Source: Gordius albopunctatus
Lineage: Eukaryota
Assembly: GCA_964276515.1 (NCBI GenBank)
Contig: OZ193909.1
Location: 13,020,001 to 13,084,000 of the forward strand
Reading direction: 5' to 3'
DNA length: 64,000 nucleotides
Part shown: piece after piece, positions 36,330 to 50,900 of the stretch
Position numbering within the stretch: position 1 is the stretch's first letter
How the letters are laid out: every line of letters starts with the position of its first letter
Program-made: the position numbers and the translations under genes
The notes under the pieces: model-generated
The model's database searches: none
The model's input: only the letters and a program-made list of their open reading frames with translations
What the model was told of the DNA's origin: nothing

Positions 36330-39269
36330 TCAGGTCGGAAACCGGCTATAAAAATCAACTCTAAAACTATGATAGTTTCAAACAGGTTTTTACAAGAAAA
36401 GGCTAGGGCGTCCTCCACAAACGACGCGCACTGCATACCCCGCCCGTGAAACGTGCTGGAATGTGGGAACGTTGACGGGGAAGATCATCGAGGTCGCACA
36501 GATGCTAAAAAGAAGAAAGGTACACATCGCCTGCCTACAAGAGACGAGGTGGAACGGAACGAAAGCTCGGGAATTAGGAGAAGGATACAAGCTTTTCTAC
36601 AGTGGGTCATCAAATCGTAGAAACGGGGTCGGTGTTCCAGGACAAGGTGGTGGAAGTAAAGCGTTGTTCCGACAGGCTAATGTGGGTAAAGATTGCAGAT
36701 CAAGGTGGCCTCCTAAACGTTATGTGCGCGTATGCTCCCCAAATTGGATGTTTGGAATCAGAGAAAGACATATTCTTCGATTCATTGGAAAAGGAAATAC
36801 AAGGAATAGGACAGGAAGAAAGGCTAATTATTGGGGCAGATTTCAATGCTCACGTTGGGAAAGATCGCTTCGGGTATGAAGTATGAACGCAATCATGGAG
36901 GCTATGGGCATGGTCTGAAGAACAGAGAAGGGGAAAAACTTCTCCAAGTATCCCAAGCATATGACATGGCGATCGTTAACACCTATTTTCAAAAGCGCGA
37001 AGATCATATTGTGACCTATAGAAGTGGGAAGCATTTTAGTCAAATCGACTATTTGCTTATACGACGAAAGGTCTTATGGAGTATCAAGGATTGCAAAGTG
37101 ATACCGGGAGAAGAAATTGCCAGGCAACATCGCCCCATTGTTATGGATCTTGACAGAAGAGTATTTCCCTAAAGAAGAAAGTTCTATAAACCTCGAATTC
37201 GATACGAAAGGCTAAAGGATACGTCGACGAACAAAGAATACCATCAAAAAGCCTGCTCACTCTTGGGTGCAAGGAAGTTGCAAAGGGACGTAGACGACGA
37301 CTGGGAGACGCTATCTAAGGACATTAAAGAAACAGCGATTCGTATTCTAGGACAGACCAAAGGAGGCAAAGCTATGAATAGGGAACTATGGTGGTGGGAT
37401 CAATCGGTTAAAGATTTCATCGAAAGAAAGAAAAATCTATATAGACGGTGGCATAAATCAAAAAAGTCGGAGGATTATCAAGAGTACAGGTACGCAAAGA
37501 GGGCCGCAAAAAAGGCCGTTGCAAAAGCGAAGAATGCCGCGTACACCGAGATGGCAAACAAACTGGATCATAAAGGGGGCGATAGGCTTATGTACAAATT
37601 GGCCAAGATAAGGGAGAAGAAAAGTCGCGATGTCGGAGTTCTTAAAATAGTCAATAGAGAAGGGTCAAACCTTATTCAAGCCGAAAGAAGTGATGGAAAG
37701 GTGGAAAGGATATTTTAAGAAACTTATGAATATTGCAAACGACAAGGATTCCCTTCCCGAAATTGAGCCAAATATAAATATGGTCGAATTCTTTCAGGAG
37801 GATTAAGTTAGAACACAAATGAACAAGATGCAAAAAGGAAAAGCAAATGGTCCAGATGGAATACCTATGGAACCATTGCTCGGATGTCGTGAAGAAGGAG
37901 TCACCGCCATGACGAACCTCCTTAACAAGATATTGGTAGAAGAGCGAATCCCTAATCAATGGAGAGCAAGCACCCATTATTTAAAGGCAAAGGAGACCCT
38001 CAGAACTACGACAATTACAGAAGTATCAAGCTAACTTGCCACTCCTTGAAGCTTTTGGAAAGGATCTTAGTAACAAGGCTGAAAAGCGAGGTATAAATAT
38101 CGGCTAATCAATTCGGATTCGTGGCTGGCAAATCCACAATCGACCCAATCTTCGCCCTGAGAAAAAGGATGGATAAGTATGGTGAAAAGAGGAAAGACCT
38201 ACATATGGTTTTTATCGACTTGGAGAAAGCTTATGACACGGTCCCCCGCCACTTAATATGATGGTGCCTGAGGAAACAAAATATCCCTGACGCATATATA
38301 CGGCTTATGGAAAATATTTATGAAGCTTCAAACTCTTGCGTTAGGACGAGAGTTGGAGACTCTAAACCTTTTCGGGTTAATATTGGATTACATCAAGGCT
38401 CTGCTTTAAGTCCCTTTTTATTTAATATAATTATAGATACGATAACGAGGGACGTTCAAAAGCCTTCGCCATGGTGTATGCTATATGCCGATGGTATAGT
38501 ACTATGCGAGGAAACAAGAGAGAAAGTATTCGAAGAAGCCGAAAAATGGTCAAAGCGCTTAGCTGGATATGGTTTAAAGGTCAACGATAGAAAAACGGTA
38601 TACATGGAAATGAACGGTACAGGCACCCTATCGCTGGATGACCATCTAAAGTACCCAAAAGTAGACAGGTCACATACCTCGGCTCGATGCTACATCAAGA
38701 GGGAGGTTGCACAACAGAAGTCAATACCCGGATCCAAAAAGGATGGCTTAAATGGCGAAGTATATCCGGTGTTATGTGTGACAAGAAAATGCCAATATGG
38801 TTGAAAAGCAAAGCTTACAAATCCATCGTAAGACCGGTGTTACTCTATGGAAGTGAAACATGGGCATTAAACACCAAGGAATTAAAGCTATTACAAGCCA
38901 CAGATATGAGAATGATACGGTGGAGATTGGGGTATACTAAGCTCGACCATATGACGAATGACTTTTTCATGACAAAAATGGGTATTCAATCTATGGCGGA
39001 CATGATTAACGAAAATCGGCTAAGGTGGTATGGTCATATACTAAAGAGGGATACGGATGACGTAAATCGAAAAGTACTGGACATGGAGGTACCGAGGAAG
39101 AGAGGAAGAGGACGACCCCGTGTCACGTGGAAAGGGCAAGTCGGTAAAGTTATAGAAACTAAAGAGATTAGTCAAGAACATGGCACTCACCCGGTCAAGA
39201 TGGAAGAAACTTATCAAAACAAACCCCACCAATGTGGGACCAAATAACTGATAAAGAAGAAGAAGAAGA
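36278..39269 (+). mobile_element. Near full-length, frameshifted RTE-clade LINE (APE plus RT)
   Basis: 17-bp TSD GTTGTATGATTATCTTT (36261-36277, 39270-39286); (GAA)n tail; RT motifs FIDLEKAYD, GLHQGSALSPFLF, MLYADGI, RLRWYGH and RGRGRPR. Confidence 0.95.
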
Positions 39270-39459
39270 GTTGTATGATTATCTTTGCCCCGTCACATAT
39301 AACGCCAACATTTTCACTGCGGTAAATTTTTTTTAAAGTTAAAATGCTTTTATTCGGTAAAATTGATAAATGAAATATACAATAAACGAGCATAAAATAA
39401 TATTATAAATAAATAAAAATTATTCGTCAATAGATAAAGATTTTTAATTTTATTTAGCT

Positions 39460-40454
39460 ATCAAAATGCCGATTTTTTGGCGTAAAATATAGCTGGGGAG
39501 TATTTAGTTTTGGGGGATCTGTTTCCTATCGATTTAAAAAAAGCTAATGCTTTTTTGCCAGAAGTAGCCGAACAGGAAGCTATTATTGGAATAAAAATCT
39601 TAGAATCAGCGATGGCTCGGTGTGTTTTACGATCTTCGGCACAAGAAAGTGGGTTATAATTTATTAGTTGGCGCGAAGATATCAATGCAGGTAAAGTCTC
39701 AAGCTAGGAAATTACCATCCTCCCAGGGGATCATAGAAGCTCCGTCGGGACGCATTCTACCTTTTTAAGAAGGATCGGATGGTTCAAGGATGGAAGGAGT
39801 GCCGGCCTTTTTTAAAGCCGATTGGATTAAAAGGTTTATCTTTTGATGTCGGATAAAGCGATATTTGTTTAACTTGCAATGGATGGGTGATGAGCCCAGA
39901 TATCTATTTCCCTATTGAAATTTTTGCAGGGATATCCTAGAGAGCTATTGCATACTAAGCTTCTGGATTTGAAAGCAAAAGTCCTGAGTGTTTACTTGGG
40001 ATACATTCAAGCCATTCGTGACCAGAGTCGGCAGTAAGTGACCTGAGATTAAAATGCTGCACAGTATCACAACTCGAAAGTAGGTAAGCGACGGAGCGCG
40101 ATACTATACTGGCATCAATCTCGTTGTTTGGTCGACTATGGAAGGCTGGTTCCTGGTATGACGTTCTCATGCCAAGACAATATGACCAATTCCGTTAAAA
40201 AATCATTTGATCATGAGGTTAATTCGAAAACAAGATCCTTCACAGATTTAAAGGACGAGAGAAAAGCCACAAGGGAAATAGTGAGTGCGGACCTAATTCC
40301 TAAGCCCCCAAATTTGGTTGGAAGGGTGGCCTGCAGCCAGCTGGTATTATCAAAAGGTAGATTCAAAACTTTTTCAAGGAGATCTTTAATTGTAGATTCA
40401 TATGCTCTTAAAATATCTGTATGTAAAAAAGCAGCAGCTGATCTAAAACAGTGC
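39460..40454 (-). mobile_element. Decayed RLE-type (CRE/R2-group) non-LTR retrotransposon, C-terminal part; probably continues past the hAT insertion to about 42000
   Basis: LQATLPTKFGGLGIRSA; HC...RFIRHQKIN...EP...RPDG...PWEDG...DFTCID restriction-like endonuclease; several stops. Confidence 0.75.
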
Positions 40455-40462
40455 TGAATTTT

Positions 40463-41881
40463 TAGTGTTTCGATCTCGTCTCGTCTCGGTCTCGAAAACA
40501 AAATCTCGTCTCGTCTCGGCAGCGATTATGAAAATCTCGTCTCGTCTGGTCTCGACTTTTTAAAAAAAATATATGAGGAATAAAAATTTCTCCTGTTTTA
40601 TTAAAAATATTAAATAAGTTTTAAAAAATTAAAATTGCAAATTTTTATATTTTTTGATAAACTTTAATACACAAACTTTTTAAAGATTTAGTGGGACACG
40701 ACATCTCATTGTCAATATAGAGATAGGAATTCATTCAAAAAAATAACATTTTCTATGGGAAGTGCAGACTAAAAAACTATAAATAAATTTGAAGTATAGA
40801 AAATTAAATTTAATTGTTCTAGCAAATTATAACGGTTGTATCAAATAACCGTGTTTGTTAACTATATAGACTTAGAAAATAATAATTTCGGTTATAGTTG
40901 ACTTAGTTGCACAATTTAGTAAATTGCGACCCTTTATTAACCCTGGCTAAAGCTTCAAAGTAGACCTTAACATATTTAAGGCAAACATTTAAGTCCATTA
41001 GTACCATTATTAATTATAGCCCATAGTGTTTATTGCATGTTTACTATAGCGTTATAAACCACAATGTGCGAGTGACTTTTAATGGATAATATTCTTATTT
41101 ACAGAATTGATAACTAGATCCACATATAAAAACGGGTAGAAACAACAATAAAAGCAGCATTATTATAGGATTAGGAATATGAGGTTTTAAACTCTAAATT
41201 GCACGTATTTAAATTTATGACAAAAATCATTAAAATCAAATTTATATTCCAAATAATTATCTTCAAATTCTAACTAACTTTGACATTAAATAGTTATTTA
41301 TCGAATATAGTTGAAGCATAAAACTTCTAGAAAACTCATGCTTTAGATTTAATCTATTGCGGTGTCCTTAAATAATCTATTTTACTTTTGAAATCGTTAA
41401 GCGGGTGCTAAAAAATCTCGAGCCACCTTAGCTTAACTAGTTTAATTATTCAAACTGATTGACCACCAATTTAGAATTACCGCATTATGCAGGATGAATA
41501 ACTGCGAAATATAAATATGCTTTGTTTATATTTACTATTCAATCAGAACTCATTCTAAGCCTATAATTTTGCAATATTTAATAATGCTATGGATTTAAAT
41601 ATTTGATAAAGATATTATAAAATTATTCACATACACTAAGGTTCAACCATACCTAGGTAAATCCTGCAAAAATATAACATTTACAGGAATTTTTTTAATG
41701 TCAAATATATTCCATACGTATTAATTTAAACTTAATACCTTAAATTTAAATCATGAAAATTAAAATACACAATAATTTACTAAAATATAATGATAAAAAA
41801 GTCGAGATCTCGCCGATAAAATCTCGTCTCGTCTCGACATCAAAATTCTCGTCTCGATCTCTCGGTTTTTCCGCATCACTA
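40463..41881. mobile_element. Non-autonomous hAT element inserted in the RLE LINE
   Basis: TAGTG...CACTA termini, TCTCG subterminal repeats, 8-bp TSD TGAATTTT. Confidence 0.88.
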
Positions 41882-42329
41882 TGAATTTTGGAGATGTTTA
41901 AAAAAATATTATCATAAAAAAGGCTTGATGTATTGGTTGTAGTTATAAAAGATTAAATTTATAATATCATTTTGAACTTTATAAAAAGAATCAGGTTGGG
42001 TAGAGTAATGAAATATTGATTCATTATAATTTTTTGGGTTAAAAACTAGTAAAACTATTTTATTGAAAACGGATTAAATGGTATCACCTTTATCGAGTTA
42101 AGAAATAAATAAACTCTCCACAATTTTTAAGTAAGAAAAGACCATCAATAGAAGCTTTAAGACACATCCTATATCGACTTAACCCCATAAAATGTAAGAT
42201 CGAGTTGGGCATGGGCATATGTCGTGTACCTTAGTTCACTTTCCACCATATATATTTTTACTTTACACTATATCGCATCTATGTTAACCCCCTTCCATTT
42301 TTTTACTGCACTGAGTACATACCTGTCGA

Positions 42330-42860
42330 TAGTGTTTCGTTATCGTCTCGTCTTGGTCTCAAAAGCAAAATCTCGTCTCGTCTCGGAAACAATTATGAAA
42401 ATCTCGATCTCGTCTCGGTCTAGAAAAATCTCGATCTCGTCTCGACGAGACGAGAATTCTCGACACTCAATTTTTTTATAAACAAAAAATTTGTACAAAC
42501 TATAAATTTCGCTTATTTTTTAAAATTGCTATAAAATAAGTGTTTAAAAAAAATCCAAATGGCACTCTATATTTAAAAAAAACTTTTATACGCAAACTTT
42601 TCAAATGTGTAACGCGACAAGACATCTCATTGACAATATAAAGATAACTAATTCATAAAAATAACATTTTATATGGAAAGTGCAAATTAAATAACTATAA
42701 ATAAATTTGAACTATAGAAAAATAAATTTTATAGTTCTGGCAAATTATAACATTTGTGGCAAATTGACTGTGTCTGTCAAATATAAGCAGTCTTAGAAAT
42801 TTATAAGTTCACCTATATTTGACTTAGTTACGTATTTGGTCAAATTGAGGTCCTTATTAA
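42330..42860 (+). mobile_element. Truncated relative of the 40463-41881 hAT family
   Basis: Same TAGTGTTTCG start, TCTCG repeats and similar internal sequence (GACATCTCATTG.CAATAT). Confidence 0.75.
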
Positions 42861-44960
42861 ATGTTCTCATTGTTTTCCTGATATAAATGCTGCTTGAAAA
42901 TGCTGCCAATATTGCATATGTAAAATTCAAATTTGTTATATATATGGCCAAGATTTTTTGGGGTTGTGGCAATAAAATATTTTTATAAAAACTTTGTTGT
43001 ATAGTTTTTTTTACTATTTTTATTATTTTTTTTAAATGTCAACGATTTCTTGTCAATATCCCCGTTCCACTTTGTGCCCTTACAATTCATTTATACAAAA
43101 ACTTATTATAACAAGTGAAATTTTCTATATTGTTTCAACTACATTGCTTTGTTTTATTTATGAATAAATTTTATTTATTTTATGCCCTAGAAACATGCGG
43201 GTCTAAGACATACCAGTGTGATGTTATTAGAAAAAATAGTAGTGGCGGAATTTTAAGTTTGTCTAACGTTTATGAGGGGAAAATTTTTCATTTGCGTTTT
43301 GGATTAGGGAGCGGGGGGTGCGCAAAACATAATTTTTTTTTAATTTTAGGGGTTTTTGTGGTTAAAATTTTTTTGCCCCCCCCCCTCCCCCCAAGGCAAA
43401 AAGGCTAGCTACGCCACTGGTTATAAAGCCTATCTAAATCAAGAATTAACTTACACTAATGATAGATTATTGAAAGGTATAAATGGAATTGATTAAATCT
43501 ACATATAGTCTCTAATTAACAGATATCATTATGACGAGGAAGAAGGAATGAATAACCATGGAAATGTTATTTTATTTCCATTAATTAAATAAATAATAAA
43601 TTAATATAAAATATAAATTAATAAAACATTCTAAAAACATACCTTTGTTTATACTTTTTATAATACACAAATAAAAATCTATAAATTTTTGTAATGGGCC
43701 TTTAAAGCCCGGCCCGAGCCCGCTAGGGAATATTAAGGCCCCTCCAAGCCCGATCCGCTTTTTTGTAAAGCAGAAGCCGGTCTAAGCCCAGGCCCGTGTA
43801 CGAGGCGGGCCGCGCAGGTCTCTAATAGTGAGTAAGCTATCCTAATATTCTTACTGTAATGGAGCTAACCACACAAGGAGGACACATGAACACCTGGCTA
43901 GCCCCTTTCGTAACGAATTCCCCTAAAATAAAGGAATATACATAATCCCTTTCCAAGCTATAGTGTGTTTCAAAAACGTACAAGATATATAATATAATTT
44001 TATTAGTCTTTGATTGCAATTAATGAATAATTAAATATCAATAGAAATTAATGCGGTTTAAGCCAAATCCAAAAGTCGAACTCGAAAAATTAATTATATA
44101 AATTTTATAATCCAAATTTATATATTAAAGTCACAAACGGCTTAGTTTGATTTTTCTTATTAAGATATGTACTATTTAGTTTAGAGGTGGACGTTGAAGG
44201 AATCCCTGATCCTTTACTGTTTTTTAAAATACTAGATAATTCTACAAATAAAAAAATCATTCTTTTTTAACCAGGTTAGCCATGGCCGTAGCCAGGTTTT
44301 AGATTAGGGGAGGGGGGGGGGTTTAAAAGTTCAATTAGAAGGGGAGAGGGCACATAAATTATTTTTTAATTTGAAGGGTTTCTGTATTGAAAAATGTTTT
44401 TGTCACCCCCCCCCCTCTAAAGCATAAAAATTAAGATAAGATTGATTTATTTTTTTTGCAAAGATAATCAAGCAAAAATAAACAAGATTTTGTCTTTATA
44501 ACATATTTAAAATTTGTAAGACATTTAATTGTAACATTAATAGCGTGGCCTTTACAAGCCAAAAGCCAATATTGACAAATGGTTAATCAGCGGAAATTTT
44601 GTTTAGTAAGAATGAAAATAATTTAAAAATAAACTTCCTCGTATAGCTTACGATTTACCTTGAGATTGTTTTAGCATTAAAATTTTTTCATTATCCCTAG
44701 CAATGTAAGTAACGCCAAAATATTATATGATCCTATATTTATTGGATACACTTTTGTTGTGTGCAATCATATATATATTAAATATTTGTTTGGTGATTTC
44801 TCAAATATTCTCGATCGTCAAAATTTAAAATGTCCTTTAACTTAAAATTGTATAGCCAAGGAATTAGGAAACCCATAATTTCTCTAATTGAAATTTTCAA
44901 ATATGTATTATATATGATTAATAAACGTATCTTAGTTTATTGGTATTTTATTTGAAATAG

Positions 44961-47900
44961 GGAATCATGGCCAAAATGTGTTTATTTGTGGCCCCTTTTC
45001 ACACTGCTCGGGGTTTATTTCCTATTAATCAGCGTGGTATACGTCAACGACGACTTCAAGCGAATTCTCTATAATCGTGGACAAAAAAAGCTGTCGCCAT
45101 TCTTAATTACCGTTAAGAAATCCCCATTTAATTCAAGTAAACTAAATGATATAATCATTAAATTACAATATACACTAAGGATCTACAAATGTAAAACTTT
45201 AGACTAAAATGTCTCCATAGATTTCTTAAGATTTAATTTTGGATCTAGATAGTTTAGGGTTGAAATATATATAAACTCTAGCTTTAAATAAGTTTCATCT
45301 TCGTAACTTATATTATGGGCTCGTTTTTGGTTGTCCGTCCTGGCCTGTCCAACCAGAGGTCAGATTTGTTTGGAATTTTCTGCCCGAACGCGGCCCGATC
45401 CAATTTGTTAACTTCATTGCCCGCCCGGGCTCGCCCGAATCGTTAAAGCTGCCCGAATTGCCCGGCCCGGAATATTAAATTTGGCCGTTAATCCCGAATT
45501 TATGCGATCCCCAACAGAGGTCAGATTTATTTAAATTTTTCTATCCGAACCCGGCCCGGTCCAAATTGTTAAATAAATTGCGCGCTTGAACCTTCTAAGT
45601 GTCCGCTCGGCCATGCCCGAACCATTAAAGCTGTCCGGCCCGTTTAATTAAATTTGCCCGTTAGACCCGAATTTATGGATTCCAAGTTTTTTAACCACTA
45701 TTAAAAAATGATCACACAAATAGCGTAGATAAGGAAATATAAAGGGCGAATGAAATGGGGCAAAAAAAGAATGATATGGAATTTAATTATTATAGAAATT
45801 ACAAATAAGTAATTGCGTAGATTAGGGAATAAAAAAGATGAATTCCAACAAATTTGTATGAAGCCTTTGTTTTAAGTCTAGACGCCACAGATGTGTATTG
45901 CGAACAATGAAATGGCTACATAAATATAAATATTTCAATCCTTTCTATAAACCTAGCTAAGAAAGGGAGTCGGGCAAAAATAACTTGGAGGTGGCGGCAG
46001 CATTCGCGATATGCAATATAATAAAAAATTAACAAGTTAATATCCTATGATTTTAATTTAACTATGCCCCAATTGCCCGAATCTTATCAGCGTGCCCGCC
46101 CGGGCTCTCTCGAAAATTAAAATTAAGACAGTTGCCTGGGCCGGCCGGGCAGCGGGCCGGGCATTTCTGGTCTCTGTGTCCAACTTTTAATTTTTAGGAA
46201 TTGCTGCGGAAACTTTTGCTTTAGTAAAAGACTTTTATTTTGCATTGACATAAATACTATCTAATGACCGCTGGTTAACCTTAATTTTTGCAACCTCGCT
46301 CGAGCCTAATTTCTATTTTTTATGCACCTTTATATATAAATTTCATTTGGCAACTTGTCTAGGTTGTTATAACGGATAATTGCCCAACTGGCTAAATAAT
46401 TTCCTACAAATTAATGATGACCGTCGCTAACATCTATTTTGTCCGACCCTGAGCCCAGGCCGCAATCCTTGTTAATTGCTATTTAGTTCTGCTACCTATT
46501 TTTGTAAATCTTAATGTTTGAAGCTCGTCCCACATTTAAATTATCTGACCCCGGCCGTGGTCAAACTACAATTTTGCCTTAATATTTGCTACGAATATAC
46601 TAATGAATGCTGTTTAAATATACTTTGTCTTACCGGTATCTTAGCTTCAAATATTTTCCCGTAAAAAATATTTTTTGACTGAAAATTATGGATGACCGCT
46701 TCCCATCCTTCTTCCATTTTCTAGGCCTCACTCGATTCTCAATTTTTTCACTCGCTTTTCTTATTCTAACTTCTTCATTTGTATACTTCCCTTTGAAAGT
46801 GACCCGCCATATGTTTGTCTTTATATCGAAGAGGGGAGCTTTGTGATTCGCAATGTTCATGAGTTCCAATACCTTTTTCTCTTTCTTCTTGAATAAGCTT
46901 GTGGTAACATCGTTTTTGACATCATTTAGGCAGCATTCTTCGCTTTCGCAGCACTTATTGTCACATCATATTGTTAAAAATCATCCTACTGTTTAATTTG
47001 TGTAACAGTCTATTTATAATTTTCTATCTTATTTTAAAATCCCCACCCGATTGATTCCACTACCATAGTTTCCTGTTCAAAGCTTTGCCTATTTTGGTGT
47101 ATCTTAGTTTCTAAATCGCCGTCTCCTTTTCCGCACTTAGCTTTTCCAAATCGGCGTTATAAGCTCCGTTTCGACTTCATGTCGCAAAAGTGAGGAGGTT
47201 TTCTAGTAGTATTAATCGTTTGTCGACTTTTGCTTTAACATGCCATATCTAATTCGACACTCTTAAATCTTCTTTCTTTCCGGAAATAATCCTTTTTCAA
47301 AATCCATAAATGGGCCAGGCTGCCATATATACTTTCTTGCTGTCGTATTTCTTGTATCTCTTTTTTAATGAATCGAAGAGAATGACTTTTTTGCTTTCCA
47401 TACACAAAATTTGTGGAGCATTGCACACATAATGGTTAGGAGGCCGTCTCGACACGCTATCTCAACTCACATCAGCCTGTCGGGTTGACTTCCCTTATTA
47501 ATTGCTATGCAATTTATGGGCTCACTTTCCATTTTCCGATGTAACGCCGAAGGTGTCTTGTCACGCACCGAATGTCTTGTCCCGTTATTTAATTTTTCCA
47601 TATTAATTTAACTGGTTTGAATCCGGGGAGGCTAAAATTTTTTGATTAATTGCTATGCAATTTATGGGCTCGTTTTTTGTTGTCCGTTGTCTGATGTCTA
47701 ATGTCTACCAATTTATTTACACCAGCTTCCTGACCTGGAGGTTCGAGTTCAATCCCGGAAGAGGACGAATTTTTTTTTTAAATTAATACTTTGTTCTTGT
47801 AAATACCATGGATAATGTGACTTTTTGACCGTCCGCTGGCTGCTGACCAATAAAAAAAATGACCATTGGCCAAATAAATCGAAATTTTTTTTCCTTTTTT

Positions 47901-50900
47901 GAATTGGGTTACATTGATAATTATCCTATGCCCTCCCCTACAAGGGCCTACTGATATGGGTCCCTGTGCCCCTACAAAAGCCTATGCCTCTACTGATGTG
48001 GGTTTGAATCCCGGAGAGGGCAAAACTTTTATTTTTTTAAATTAAATTAATATATTGTTCTTGTTAATACCATTTATAATATGACTTTTTGATTGTGTTC
48101 TGGCTACTGACCAATAAAAAAAATTACCATTAGCCAAAATGTGATTCGAAATTTTTTTTCCATTTTTGAATTGGTTATCAATGATAATTACCCTGTGCCC
48201 TCTCCTACAGAAGCCTATGCCTCTACTGATATGGGTCTCTGTTCCCCTACAAAAGCCTATGCCTCTATTGATGTGGGTTCGAATCCCGGAGATGGCAGAA
48301 TTTTTATTTTTTTTTAAATTAAATTAATATATTGTTCTTGTTAATACCATTGATAATATGACTTTTTGGCCGTCCGATGGCTGCTGACCAATGGAAAAAA
48401 TTACCATTGGCCAAAGTGTGAATCGAATTTTTTTTCGTTTTTTTTGACTCGTATGTATTTATAGACCGTCTGTTGGTACTGACCAATGGAAAAAAATTAC
48501 CTGTGCCCCTACAAAAGCCTATGCCTCTACTAATGTGGGTTCGAATCCCGGAGAGGGCGGAATTTTTATTTTTTTTTAAATTAAATTAATATATTGTTCT
48601 TGTTAATACCATTAATAATATGACTTTTTGGCCGTCCGCTGGCTGCTGACCAATGAAAAAAAATCACCATTGGCCAAAGTGTGAATCGAAATTTTTTTGT
48701 TTTTTTTGACTCGTATGTATTTATAGACCATCAGTTGGTAGTGACCAATGGAAAAAATGACCATTCGCCAAAATGTGAATCAAATTTTTTTTCGTTTTAT
48801 TTGGCTAACATTGATTTATAGACCGTCTCTTTGTACTGATCAATGGAACAATTTAGCACATGTAAATTTTTTGAGATATTCTTATGATTCCTGTGACATT
48901 TTTAGATGGGCGGTCGTAACAATTTGGTATTCAATTATGACGATTCCTACATAAATTGCATAGCAAATAAGCTTTGTTTATACGAATTATAAAAGAGTAA
49001 TCTATGTGTACGAGGATTTGAAGTAAAGATACGTGAAGTAGAGACTGGCCTAAGCTGAACGGGGATCTGGGGGCGGAGGCCCCAGCAGGGGGTCTGGGGG
49101 CTATTTAAGTAGTTTTAAAGGATGAAATTGGGACAAATTAAAATGGCATGTAAATATGGTGATATTCGTAAAATAATTTAAGATGCGATTGTTCACAAAG
49201 GAATTTGCGGCCATCAGCTCCTACTTAAGTATGGTTAAGGTTAAATGGGTGCCAACATAATGGATAACATGATTGTTAAACTCCAAAGTACACAAATTAT
49301 ACAATAATTTAATATGATCTTTAATCAAATATTATTAATGTAAGCAAAAAAACTACCCTTTTCTTTGTATTAAATTGCGCGATCTCAATTTAAGCAATTA
49401 ACGCTATCTATACACTATAAAAATTTAACGAATGGAATGATCTTAATCATAAAATAAACATCTTTTTTTGTTTAAATGCTGCTTTATAGGACTCATAGAC
49501 TATCTTAAAGCCTAAAGAAAATTGCTGGGTTATTTTTATAATAACTTAACGTTACCATGATACATTTATAAGATTATTTGCCTTTCATTTAGCAATGAAC
49601 AAGGTGACAGCATATAGGGTTAACCTGGAGGAGGAACCTATTCTTTTATTCTGGAACAAAAAATCCTTAGAATTCTTAGCATCGTCGATGCGAAAATGCT
49701 TAAATCCTACCACAAATCGACCTTTTTGCCGTGTGACCATTAAGCGCGGGCTGGCCTACAAAAGTAAAGCCATAATATTTGATCCTCTAAGGATTAACAC
49801 TACTTCATTACCCGCGCTCAGCTTCGCAAAACTTAGAAGACCACTCCTAGTTTTGGCTACTAGAGAATCTCCGGCTAATCTAAAAAATCGTTTAATACGT
49901 TCAACAGCTTTTCCAAATCCAAACTTAACCTTTTGGCAAAACTACTTTGACATGCTTATAACATACGACAAGCTCGCAGATATTTGGTTCCCTTACGGGG
50001 TTAGGGTAGCGAAACCACATCACCGAAGGACCCATTTGAAAAGCATTATCGGCCGAAATTTTATTATGGGTATGACGTTAAACATAAATTTAGCAATAGA
50101 CTGTGGGTAGATATTATGATCCAGGAGGGAATTGCAGAATCATGGATCTTTCTAATCATAATTAGAAATATAGTTTAAAGTTGTTACTTTAATCAGGCAG
50201 AGGCCTGCATTTAGTTAAGGCTGGGGTATTAATAATCATTGGTGTCATATTTTTTTCAACGCAAGCGTCAGAGAAATTGTAAAGGGAAACGGAAAATTTT
50301 AAGAAATAACGGCATAAAGGGATATATATCTCTCATCTACCATATTTATTAAAAATAAACAACTAAATACAATGATTTTGGAGAATAAGTTAATAAATTG
50401 AAATTGTGATATTTGTCGGATTATTTCATTCCGTTTCTAACTACAGTAATGAAATTCATAGTCGTAGTCAGAATTTTGTTTAAATTGAAGCAAATTTATA
50501 GACAGAAGAGGGATGTTTTTTTAAATTTATAATACAAAGTTGTATCAATTTGGAATATTGCTGCATTTTTTGACCTCCCATTGGCTAGGCCCATGCTGGT
50601 AATAGGGTATAACTATCTTTTAATTGCTATGCAATTTATGGGCTCGCTTTTGGTTGTCCGTCCGTCCGTCCGTCCATTGTCGAACTTGTAATTTTTGCAT
50701 AATTGCCTTGGAGATTTTTAATGGCTGTGGACTTATCCTTCTGTAAAAGACTTTTATTTCGCTTTTGCAAATAGACTAGCTTTTGACCGCTGGTTGGTTT
50801 TGATTTTTTCGACTTCGCCTGAGCCCAATATATTTTATTACTATTTTTCTTCTTAGCTTTGGTCAGTAATTGCAAGAGCCAACGTCGTTTACGGTACATC

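Noticed and set aside
36329..36348. SRP RNA-like CAGGTCGGAAAC motif
   Set aside because: A short hairpin in the LINE leader; no other SRP structure.
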